Source: Octopus vulgaris
Lineage: Eukaryota
Reading direction: 5' to 3'
Assembly: GCA_951406725.2 (NCBI GenBank)
Contig: OX597833.1
Coordinates: forward strand, 56,296,001 to 56,360,000
Length of the DNA stretch: 64,000 nt
Positions 53,062 through 64,000 of the stretch are shown here, in pieces. Each line of letters opens with the position of its first letter. The stretch's first letter is position 1. The position numbers and the translations under genes were made by a program. Under the pieces are notes generated by a model that saw only the letters and a list, made by a program, of their open reading frames with translations, was not told the origin of the DNA and searched no databases.

Positions 53062-53290
53062 CGATAGGGTATGATCTGAATAAGATTTAACTGCTATTAC
53101 TGGCAGGTCGAACAAGCACATTAAAGCTTTCTAGTTGGTTAGTTTGTTTTTCGTTGTGTGTTTTTCCCCCTTTTATCAATATAGGTTAGGGCAACCTGAC
53201 TTCAGGAGCCGTCGTCACCTAATTGGCATAAACAAAAGAAAGACATATAACGGATAATAAATATTATGAGCAGATATGAATATAACTTAC

Positions 53291-53353
53291 TTTGGTAGCT
53301 GGATCGGGCTGGTGAAGAGCAGCTAGCATTTCTTCGTTCGACAAAGCAGCCAT
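53291..53353 (-). CDS. GLO1: Glyoxalase I (lactoylglutathione lyase) exon 1
   Basis: ACC ATG G start context. Reads MAALSNEEMLAALHQPDPATK, resembling human ...DADPSTK. Donor AAA|GTAAGT, phase 0. Confidence 0.85.
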
Positions 53354-53558
53354 GGTTGGTGGTTACTGAGTTTATAATAACACGACAAGGTGCTTCTTGC
53401 TGTTACCGAGATAAGATGACGAGTGAATGTGCTTGAATTCAAGGGAGATAACTCTGATCTCTTTCACTGACATCAGCTGACGTGAATGGAATGGCCAATG
53501 ACTATGAGCAGTGCTTGAAGTAGATTGCAGTAGATTCGTGCTATAATCACTCGTCATA

Positions 53559-53972
53559 AGGCGGCGAGCTGGCAGAAACGTTATCACGCCGGGTGAAATG
53601 CGTAGCCGCATTTCGTCTGCCGTTACGTTCTGAGTTCGAATTCCGCCGAGGTCGACTTTGCCTTTCATCTTTTCGGGGTCGATTAAATAAGTACCAGTTA
53701 CGCACTGGGGTCGAAGTAATCGACTTAATACCTATGTCTGTCCTTGTTTGTCCCCTCTGTGTTTAGCCCCTTGTGGGTAATAAAGAAATACGTATTTCGT
53801 CTGCCGTTACGTTCTGAGTTCAAATTCCGCCGAGGTCGACTTTGCTTTTCATTCTTTCGGGTCGATAAATAAATACCAATTACGCACTGGGGTTGATGTA
53901 ATCGACTTAATACCTATGTCTGTCTTTGTTTGTCCCTTCTATGTTTAGCCCCTTGTGGGTAATAAAGAAATA
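53559..53972 (+). mobile_element. SINE family B dimer upstream of GLO1
   Basis: Two units, junction aagaaata-cg-tatttcgtc. Confidence 0.85.
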
Positions 53973-56900
53973 AGTATTCAACTACTAACTCATAGTTGAC
54001 AGGATTCAAGTACTATCCTAACTCGTCTCTTCCTAAATCTATTTGATCCATAAATATTATGAGAGAAATCAAAGCCCATAAATCGTTGTTAAGCCGTAGA
54101 TCAATTCTGCGGTCAGATCTGTTATCAAAAGCATTCCGTATTTTTTCTTACATATATATTTCTTTACTGCCCACAAAGGGCTAAATACAGAGAGGACAAA
54201 CAAGGGCAGACATAGGTATTAAGTCGATTATATTGACGCCAGGGCGTAACTGGTACTTATTTAATCGACCCCGAAAGGATGAAAGGCAAAGTCGACCTCG
54301 GCGGAATTTGAACTCAGAACGTAACGGCAGACGAAATACGGCTACGCATTTCGCCCGGCGTGATAACGTTTCTGCCAGCTCGTCGCCTTAAAATGAAAGG
54401 CAAAGTTAACCGCAACAGGATTTGAAGGAGTTATTTGTTGTTGAGCTGCGGATCAATTCTAGCAGTCAGATCTATTATCAAAAGCATCCCGTATTTTTCC
54501 TTACATATAAGAATACATTGTTCACTTAAGACAGCATCATGTAGTTCGTGGAAATATCTGGCTGCTATTTTTAGCAGGTTGTGCGCCTATATAGAAGATA
54601 TTCCTTTGTTTATTTAAGAGATCTTATTTGGGTAATAGAATTGCTCATTTCGAACTGCTAAGGGAAAATTGTTAAGGTGCAGTTTTAATACGATGCAATT
54701 TATTTAGATGGTGAGCTGGCAGAGTAATCTGCTCACAGGACAAAATGCTTAGCATTCAAATTCCGTCGAGGTCGACTTTGCTTTTTATCCTTTCGGGGTT
54801 GCTAAAAATAAGGGATCTTTTCGGTTTGAACGGCAGTTTTTTTTAAATAATTTCCACGTATCTAAACACTTTTAAACTTCGTATACTGGTAGAATGTGTT
54901 TATAAAACATCTTTTTCTCTTGGCTTTATTGAGAAAATTCTATAGTTTGTAAGATATTTGTTGTTGTTTTCTTAACTTTCTGCAATTTCAACCAATCAAT
55001 GACGTCTATTGAGGTGAAAACATTCTGTGCCGTATGAATATGTCCCTCGTTTAAGAAACAGATTGGGTTTATTTACATTTATGAGGAAAAAAATACCCCC
55101 ACCCCTAACCCTAAAACAGATTGAAATGCAATAGATCGATACTAGGGTCATAATTATGGGTGACAATTTCATATGACACCGCTAGAAAAACAGGAAGTTA
55201 TATGAACTATTAACAATCATCATCATTTAACAGACATTAAATGATGATGATGATCAGTAGTTTATATATGTTCCTAATATATATATATATATAAATAATT
55301 AAGAGAAATAACCTCTATTAAGTAATTCAATAGTGAAAGACATTATCTTATGATACTGTGTGACATGTAAATAATCATAAAACTAAAGGAATGTGAAATA
55401 TATATTACAGCATAAAAATGTAAACTATTTATGTCTTCACTCGACTATATCTTTAAATCAATAATAATAAAATCGATACTATTAAAATTAATTCAATTTA
55501 AAAATATTGTACCAGGACTTTATGACTAAGTTAAAAGTATAAAAACAAATTTTATGACTGTAAGTTAAAAGTATAAAAGACAAATTTTATGACTGTAAGT
55601 TAAAAGTATAAAGACAAATTCAGGTTACCAATAAAAACTAATTTTCCTTTAATTTTCTCAATTTCAGCTTCCTACAGAATGACCTACCATAGTAAAATTA
55701 CATTCCACAAGGCACATGTTTACAGGAAATTTAGCTCTGGAACTGGTGTTATCTTTCTACCAGAACCACTAGGCTATGGGGACATAAACACACCAACACT
55801 GGTTGTCAAACAGTGATGGGGGACACAATCAAACACAAACTATGATGAAAGATCATCATTGTTCGACCGTGGTCAGAAATATGACTGGGACTACATTATC
55901 CTATGTATCCTTTTGTTATTGAGGATGGTAGTGGTTAATTTTAGGGAGATTTAGCAGTGGTTTCTTGCAAATTGTGTGGCATTGTGTGTACTCCTTTGTA
56001 GACAGTATTCAACTACTAACTCATAGTCAACAGGATTCAACTACTATCCTAACTCATCTCTTCCTAACTTTTTAATCTAAACTACTTTCACCCAGAAGGG
56101 ATCATAAATACTAAAAAAGAAGCATCCAGAATGTAATTGTCCAGAGCTAAAATTATTGACATTGAAAGGAAAATCATTTCTAATGTTTGTAAAAACAGCA
56201 TCCAGTGTCACACTAAAGTCAGTATGTACATCAACTTCCTTATATTACACATTTCATTTCAGTTTTAAACGAAGTCCTATAAAGTGTACCAGAACTTACC
56301 TATCTTTATTATTCAATGTTTTCATAAGCTACTGGAAACAATTTATATAGGGAAGTATGAACTGGACCAACAGTGTATTTGGCCAAAGAGTGACTTAGGA
56401 GTACCTCGACTTAACCATATTCCTGACTGACTTGCCAAACATCCTTGAACTACTTCTCACTTCAAATCCAAACATCACTATCTTTTTAGTATTTGATTAT
56501 CTCATGACTGCCTAATAATCATTTTCAGGTGAGTAGACTGCAGCAATGTGAAGTGAAGTGTCTGCTCAAGGACACAATGCCCTGTCCACACCTATCCGGT
56601 CACTGAATCTATGACATGATTGTGAGCTGAAATATTCTGACCACTAGGTTATGTGCCTTCACTTTATACATACACACTCACACCATACTAGCAGAAAAGC
56701 TAAATTGTCACTGGACTTGACAGAAATGTGTATCTAATATCTCAAAAACCACACCTAATGTGTTATCTGTCAAGCAATTTGTTTACCCCGCCCTATATAT
56801 ATATATATATATATATAGCTTCCTATATTTTCTCACACACATACACACATGCACATATATATATTAGGAAGTTATATGAACTATTAACAATCATCATCAT

Positions 56901-57539
56901 TTAACAGACATTAAATGATGATGATGATGATGATCAGTAGTTTATATATGTTCCTAATATATATATATATATAAATAATTAAGAGAAATAACCTCTATTA
57001 AGTAATTCAATAGTGAAAGACATTATCTATATCATATAGAAAAAATTTAAATATACTATAATAAATATTATTCAAAATATCACTAAACTAAATAACCATT
57101 AAATTGAATACATGTGTTTCATGACTATATCTTTAAATCAATAATAATAAAATCGATACTATTAAAATTAATTCAATTTAAAAATATAGCCACTCTTCAG
57201 GTCTAAAATAATAATAAAATTAATGTATAAATCTTAACATATAATATAGAAATATATGTATGTATATAAATATAGTTTGGTGATACAAACAAACAGAACT
57301 CAAAACATGACTATATATACATTCTTTTATTTTTTGTTTCAGTCATTTGACTGGGGCCATACTGGAACACTGCCTTGGAGGGTTTTAGTTGAACAAATTA
57401 GCCCCAGGACTTATTTTTTTAAAGCCTAGTACTTATTCTATCAGTTTCTTTTACCGAACCACTAGGCTATGGGGACATAAACACACCAACACTGGTTGTC
57501 AAACAGTGATGGGGGACACAAAGACACACACATAGATAT

Positions 57540-57735
57540 ATCATCATCATCATTGTTCGACCGTGGTCGAGACAATGGAATTTACTATGTTACGCCAGAC
57601 TTCATGGTCCATCATAGCATTACGGAGGTCCTGTTGCTGGATGCCTGTATCCCTGGAGATTACATCAGGGTAGGAGAGTGTGCACCCTCTGGTATTGCGA
57701 GTAGATGGCTTCCAGAGGAGAAGAGTAGAAAAGAG
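57540..57735 (-). mobile_element. LINE (RTE-like) 3' end inserted in a SINE
   Basis: Minus strand LSYPDVISRDTGIQQQDLRNAMMDHEVWRNIVNSIVSTTVEQ-stop, then a (TGA)n tail. Confidence 0.55.
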
Positions 57736-57921
57736 TAGATATATGCATATATATATATATATAGGCTTCTTTCAGTTTCCGTCTACCAAATTCACTCACA
57801 AGGTTTTGGTCAGTCCGAGGCTATAGTAGAAGACATTTGCCCAAGATGGCGAGCAGTGGGACAGAACCCGGAACCATGTGGTTGGGAAACAAGTTTCTTA
57901 CCACACAGCGACAACTGTGCC

Positions 57922-57957
<36 letters not shown>

Positions 57958-58990
57958 GAAGTTAAATGCAGGTGTTATTCACATTCCTTTACTTCCAACA
58001 CGTTTATATATTTTTTCCCTGTTGTTAACGAGGGAAACACACACATATATATATACACACAAATTTATTATTAATCTGGAAAAGTTAAAGAATGAGTCAA
58101 GGGCCGAGATTCATGCATTGGTCCTTACTGATAAGTACCAATGCACGAATATAGTTTGTTTTTTAATTTATTTAAAATTGAAGTTGAGTTTGCTTGGTCC
58201 CTCGAGTTTGGCACCACAACAATCTTCAAGTGGAATGCCTGAAGACAGGTTGAAATTACAATTCAAAGGTAGGGCCATGTTGCACTGACTCTGGTAGAGG
58301 ACTACGTCCCTAGTGATATTTGTTCCTCACCGAGTTACAAGTATTCTTTTATCACTGGTACAGTGAATAAGTGATTGATCTGTTATTTATTGCGAATGAA
58401 AAAGAAAAGAAAAACCTGGCAGTTTAACACAATGTTTTGGGGGTTTTTTCCTAATATTTAAACTACTCTGCTGCTAACCCCTCGGCACGAGATTTCAGAA
58501 TATAATTCCATTTGCATGTAAAATGCGCTATAGAAATAAAATCGACTCCTATAATTGTCAAATCCTTGTCGTCATAGAAGGATAAAAACAAACCTGATCC
58601 CTAACTGTATCTGAACTCTTTACTCTGACACTATAACGAGCCGCACTTTACTTCATTGACATATCACAAAAACGCGAACTTTTCGCAACTCAAATTTGCT
58701 TTCGTCCTTTTGGGGTCGGTAAAATAAGTACCAGTCGAGCACTGAGGTCGATGTAATCGACTAGCACCCCTCCCTCAAAATTTCAGGCCTTGTACTTACA
58801 GTAGGAATTAATTATTGTCCACTATTCAACTGAAAAATGATTGAGCAGACCAAATCTATAATCAGAGGTATTCCATCAGTAATCATCCCATTCTTTTGAC
58901 TAAGGAAAAGACACATTATCTAGTATGCTTTTTAGCTTGTTTAAGTGAAATTTTACCTCATTGTTTTTCATTAATCTATACTAAAATATT

Positions 58991-59409
58991 TATTTCTTTA
59001 CTGCCCACACGGGGGTAAACATAGAGGGGACAAACAAGGACAGACAAACGGATTAAGTCAATTATATCGACCCCAGTGCGTAACTGGTACTTTATTTATC
59101 GACCCCGAAAGGATGAAAGGCAAAGTCAACCTCGGCGGAATTTGAACTCCCAACGTAACGACAGACGAAATACCTATTTCTTTACTACCCACAAGGGGCT
59201 AAACACAGAGGAGACAAATAAGGACAGACAAACGGATTAAGTCGATTACATCGACCCCTGTGTGTAACTGGTACCTTATTTAATCGACCCCGAAAGGATG
59301 AAAGGCAAAATCGACCTGGGCGGAATTTGAACTCAGAACGTAGCGGCAGACGAAATACCGCTAAGCACTTCGCCCGGCGTGCTAACGTTTCTGCCAGCTC
59401 ACCGCCTTA
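58991..59409 (-). mobile_element. SINE family B dimer upstream of SARS1
   Basis: Two units with the same junction. Confidence 0.85.
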
Positions 59410-59730
59410 AAGGTAAAGTTGGCCTCTGACAGATTCGAACCTGGAGCGCAGGAAGATCGGAATATATCAGATGTTCTAACTCATTAATCTATATTATAAT
59501 ATTATTAAGGGATCTTAGAAAAATGCTCCTTGGAGCTCATTAGCAACAACACGAAACGTAATTGTTACCGGAAGCACATATTGAGGCAGGCGCAATTAAG
59601 ACTTACTTTATATTATCTACTCTCACTGTTCCCCCCATCGGCCGGCTTGCCTCCCCCTTTCTCTGTTCAGTCACTTCGTTGGAAGCATTGTTACAATTCT
59701 GCTTGGAAAGAAGCACCTGTAGTAACAACG

Positions 59731-59866
59731 ATGGTCCTAGACTTGGAACTGTTCCGTGCCGATAAAGGCGGTGACCCCGAGAAAATTCGTCAGAATCAAA
59801 TAAAGCGATTCAAAGATGTAAGCCTAGTTGATGAAGTGTCGGAAAACGACAAGCAATGGAGAAAAT
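59731..59866 (+). CDS. SARS1: Cytosolic seryl-tRNA synthetase exon 1 (gene continues beyond window)
   Basis: [45 protein letters not shown] matches the eukaryotic SerRS N-terminus (MVLDLDLFRVDKGGDP...). Donor T|GTAAGT. Confidence 0.93.
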
Positions 59867-59942
59867 GTAAGTAAATTGATTGATAAAAAGAAAAAAAAAA
59901 AAAAAAAAAAGAAGCATTTGCTAATTTCATTTCGCCGCCCGT

Positions 59943-59951
59943 ATTGCATCA
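59943..59951. promoter_or_regulatory. Candidate C/EBP-ATF (CARE/AARE) element in SARS1 intron 1
   Basis: Exact ATTGCATCA (reverse complement TGATGCAAT), about 77 bp downstream of exon 1. Confidence 0.35.
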
Positions 59952-62900
59952 TTCTCTTGTACCTGCTAAGTTATCCCCGGAATACTTTCAGTTTTCATAC
60001 TAAACCTAACAAAGAAGAAGAAAATAATGCTAAATATAACGTATATCTGACTGATATAAGAGATGCATTTTATTTAATTGAACGACAGCTTAATTTTAAT
60101 AAATATTTATTTTCAGTACATGCGCCAAAAAAATGTTTATTCATTCACATGAACATTTCTCTCTTTGCACTAAATTTTAATATTAAAAAAATGGTAAAAT
60201 TTAAGGAGTTCTAACATCATCTTTCTAATTGTATTTTAATATATAACTCCATGGTTGATAATAATATGGTAAACTTCATCCTTTTGGGAGTTTTCTTGGC
60301 TTGACATAAATAGATAATAAAGAACTTCGGGTTCTGTTAACAAAGGTCCAACTCTACCACAAGCCTAGACTAACGAGATACATTCGAATGACTATAGACC
60401 CGATAATACGTGAATATTTGACAAAACAGCTGCCGTGTCAAATTCCAGATATTGCTTCTTTTTCGCTCTCTCTCTCTCATTCGTTTATTCTTTACTAGCT
60501 CCGGTTTTTTGTGCCTAAATTTTTCAAGTAGTGCACAAGATTCTCACTCAAAATATCAAATCAGTGCAATAATATAAAGTACACTTTCGAAATAGGGTCT
60601 TCATAGCAGCCATACTCTGACAGATTTGTAAATCACAAAAAGACTTTTAAGAAATAATAATGTCTTTAACATATAGCTGCAGGCGTGGCTGTGTGTTAAG
60701 AAACTTGTCTTCTAACCACATGGTTCTGGATTCAGTCCCACTGCGTAGCATCTTGGGCAAGTGTCGGAAAGACTGTCTTCTACTATAACCACTGGCTGAC
60801 CAAAGCTTTGTGAGTGGATTTGGTCGACGGAAACTGAAACAAGCCTGTCGTACACACACACACACACACACATATATGTATATGTGGCAGGTAGTGGGGC
60901 ACAACGAGGAGTTTTCTTGCATTTTCGACTCTGAGACAAAATATATTTATCTATAAATATTCACTAGCTTAAAAAACTATATCGGCTAAGCGAATGGCCT
61001 TCCTTGAAAAGCATTGTAACTTAATTTGATCGCTATTTTAGAAATTTATCACCGTTCTCTTTGAGCATGTAAAAGACAAAATTGGATGGGGCAAAATGAG
61101 TAACACAAGATAAGGCAATTTTGCCGTTTCAGTTCCCCAGAAAACGGACTCCTACACATCAGTATCCATTGCCCTGGTCATTAATTTTGTTCCCCCACTA
61201 GATAAATATATATGTGTGTGTGTGTGTGTGTATGTTCCCCACTAGTGCTTGTGTTTATGTCCCCATAAAGTGGCTGTGTGGTAAGTAGCTTGCTTACCAA
61301 CCACATCGTTCCGGGTTCAGTCCCACTGCGTGGCACCTTGGGCAAGTGTCTTCTGCTATAGCCTCGGGCCAACCAAAGCCTTGTGAGTGGATTTGGTAGA
61401 CGGAACCTGAAAGAAGTCCGTCGTATATATGTATATATATATGTATTTGTGTGTGTCTGTATTTGTCCCCCTAGCATCGCTTGACAACCGATGCTGGTGT
61501 GTTTATGTCCCCGTCACTTAGCGGTTCGGCAAAAGTGACCGATTGAATAAGTACTGGGCTTACAAAGAATAAGTTCCGGGGTCGAGTTGCTCGACTAAAG
61601 GCGGTGCTCCAGCATGGTCGCAGTCAAATGACTGAAACAAGTAAAAGAGAAAAGAGTATAATCTAGGGCTTTGGCAAAAGAGAGTGATAGAATAAGTACC
61701 AGCCTTAAAAAATTAGTACTGGGGTTGATTCATTCACCTAAATTTTCTTCAAGGCAGTGCTCCCATTATAAGTATCAGATAAAATATTTTTGTATAAGAC
61801 TGCCTTGATGCCAATGGAATTATTGTACAAGACTTCATAGTTGTGTCACTAAAGGCTTACTATCCTTCAGACCAGATGAAAATTTAGTCGGATGCTTAGA
61901 ACTTTTATATTGAGAAACGAAATCACAGTAAATACATTGTACCAAAAGCATGATTCTACTTCAGTATTGTTATTCCCAATATGAAAAAAAAAGACAGCAA
62001 TTCTTGAAAATATGCAAAGATCAGTAGCATCTAAATTCTATTCCCTTCAAGGCAAAGATTCTTGAGAGGGATTGAAAGCTGAAGATTTTTTCTTTATAAC
62101 AGAATGAAGGATATGCTATTTTCTATGTGTGAGGAATCTTTGAAAACTTGGCCCAATATGATTCCCTGTTTGCATAGTTCCTTACAATGACAAGAGAAAA
62201 GAAAAAACCACAGAATCTGCTACTAAACACCAGTTGCTCGAAAAAGCACAAAACCTCAGACAGACAGGGCCACTTTAACAGTGTTGTAGAGCCCTACGCC
62301 ATATCCAACCCAAATAATCTACACCATGTAGATTATTTGGATTAGATATGGCTGGTTTAAATCTTCCAAGTTTCAAATTTAATCCATCCCTTTTAATATT
62401 TGGAATCATGCCGGTGGCACATAAAAAGCACCATCCAATCAAGGCCGTTACCAGCCCCGCCTGGCCCCCATGCCAGTGGCATGTAAAACGCACCATCCGA
62501 TTGTGGCCGTTTGCCAGCCTCGTCTGGCACGTAAAAAGCACCCACTACACTCATGGAGTGGTTGGCGTTAGGAAGGGCATCCAGCCGTAGAAACATTGCC
62601 AGATCAGACTGGGCCTGGTGCAGCCTTCTGGCTTCCCAGACCCCAGTTGAACCGTCCAACCCATGCTAGAATGGAAAGCGGACGCTAAACGATGATGATG
62701 ATGAATCAGAATTCTCAGCTCAGAATTGTATGTAACTGTCAAGAGTAAGTAAATCTGGAATGATTTTGAGGTATTTGTCAATGTTTCTGTTAATGTACTG
62801 AGCGGAATGGTCTGAAAATATAAGAATTCCTTTCATAATAAGTAAAAGGGTTTCAGACTTCTGATTTGGAATGAATTTTCTTTCAGAGCTATCTTAAGGC

Positions 62901-63052
62901 CTGCATTCATTGAGCAGTTTCCCTAGGCAGTCCAACAGGTCTAGAGGCTCAACGTCGATTTAAATATGCTGTGGCTGTGTATGCAGGGGCCTCCAGTATA
63001 TAAGTACACAAGAATGACTTTCAAGTTAGGTCCTAGATATTCTCATATAGTG

Positions 63053-63308
63053 CAGTGGTTCTCAATTGAGGTCCATATGACCCTTGGGGGTCCATCTAAG
63101 ATTTTGTTATTAAAATTTACATTCAATAAATTGCTTATAATTCTACAATACATAAAATATTTTAACAATTCTTTTTTATACAGTTCCCAATAATATTTGA
63201 TTATAAAAATGTTGTAAGATTTTTCAACACCGAATGGTTATGAGGGCCCATCTGAGTAAAATAGGAATCAAAAGGGGTCCGTAAGTAAAAAATGGTTGAG
63301 AACTACTG
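63053..63308. mobile_element. hAT-like MITE
   Basis: CAGTGGTTCTCAA...TTGAGAACTACTG TIRs. Confidence 0.65.
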
Positions 63309-63834
63309 ATGCATTGAACTGCAAAAGAAATGCTGTGTTTTCAAATGTCATTTTTATATGGTAAATTCTGAAAATTTCGGGGATGTAAGTGTAAATATTC
63401 CAAGACATGCTGGTTTATAGCTGAGACCCAAATTGCAGGTAACCTTTCAACTTTCCCTGAAACGAGATGCCAAAATGCAGCTGCATTGAATGTTGTGGGT
63501 GGCAGCCACAAACAATTGTTGTGAAAACCGAAACACATGTGCATCTCATGGAGGTTATGGGTGTAAAAATCAACTTGAACTGCATTCCTGGCATTCATAA
63601 TTTGGACGCATCAGGTATGACCTGATGGTCAGCAGTGCAGAGAGAACAAGCCATCAGCCAATTGCAAGTAGGGCAGCATGCCCTGGTTGTTGTGAAAGCT
63701 GCATTGAATGCTGTGGGTGTCAGCCACGAACAACTGTCATGAAAACCGAAATCCATGTGCATCTCGTGGAGGTTATGGGTGTAAAAATCAACTTGAACTG
63801 CATTCCTGGCATTCATAATTTGGACGCATCAGGT

Positions 63835-64000
63835 ATGACCCTGACCCGATTGTTAGCAGTGCAGAGAGAATGAGCTATCAGCTGATTGTAAGCAGGGCAG
63901 CATGCCCTGGTTATTGCGATAGATTACATTGTCCATGTCAGCATCATCTATCACTTGCAACATCAATACAACACCAACAACTTGCAGAGGGCGCCCCAGG
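63835..64000 (+). pseudogene. Decayed Tc1/mariner transposase N-terminal HTH
   Basis: MTLTRLLAVQRE*AIS*L*AGQHALVIAIDYIVHVSIIYHLQHQYNT...GRP-like, resembling the Tc1 N-terminus MPRL..RERAIGRLQAG. Stops are consistent with C>T decay. The 5' region is tandemly duplicated (about 218-bp period, 63483/63701). Confidence 0.6.

Noticed and set aside
55101-55114. CCCTAACCCTAA telomere-like repeat
   Set aside because: Only two units, inside a MITE-like element (54813-55190).
59530-59730. N-terminal extension of the SARS1 ORF in the ORF track
   Set aside because: Starts at a non-ATG codon; homology begins at the ATG at 59731.

Overview
AT-rich, repeat-dense eukaryotic DNA. The SINE, LINE and MITE families and microsatellite load are those typical of an Octopus (coleoid cephalopod) genome; this assignment is an inference. 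Four spliced genes can be rebuilt by hand with phase-consistent GT-AG junctions. (1) An uncharacterised 326-aa + strand gene (7104-24940): signal peptide, two tandem CUB-like modules and a GPI-like tail. (2) A two-exon secreted C1q-domain protein with a coiled coil (28158-35041, +). (3) A complete six-exon glyoxalase I, GLO1 (53353-39345, -). (4) Exon 1 of cytosolic seryl-tRNA synthetase, SARS1 (59731-59866, +), head-to-head with GLO1. The rest is tRNA-derived SINEs, CR1/RTE LINE remnants, hAT/piggyBac/pogo/other MITEs, two non-autonomous Helitrons, a decayed Tc1 transposase and long microsatellites. The most unusual signal is a set of short non-coding fold-back elements carrying minimal hammerhead-ribozyme motifs (Penelope-like). 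One is fused to a tRNA-derived Pol III head, and all intact-looking copies are antisense to the host gene. Also notable are head-to-tail SINE multimers with a fixed junction, and intronic inverted repeats bracketing an in-frame 393-nt CUB exon pair. All calls are by eye, without database searches.
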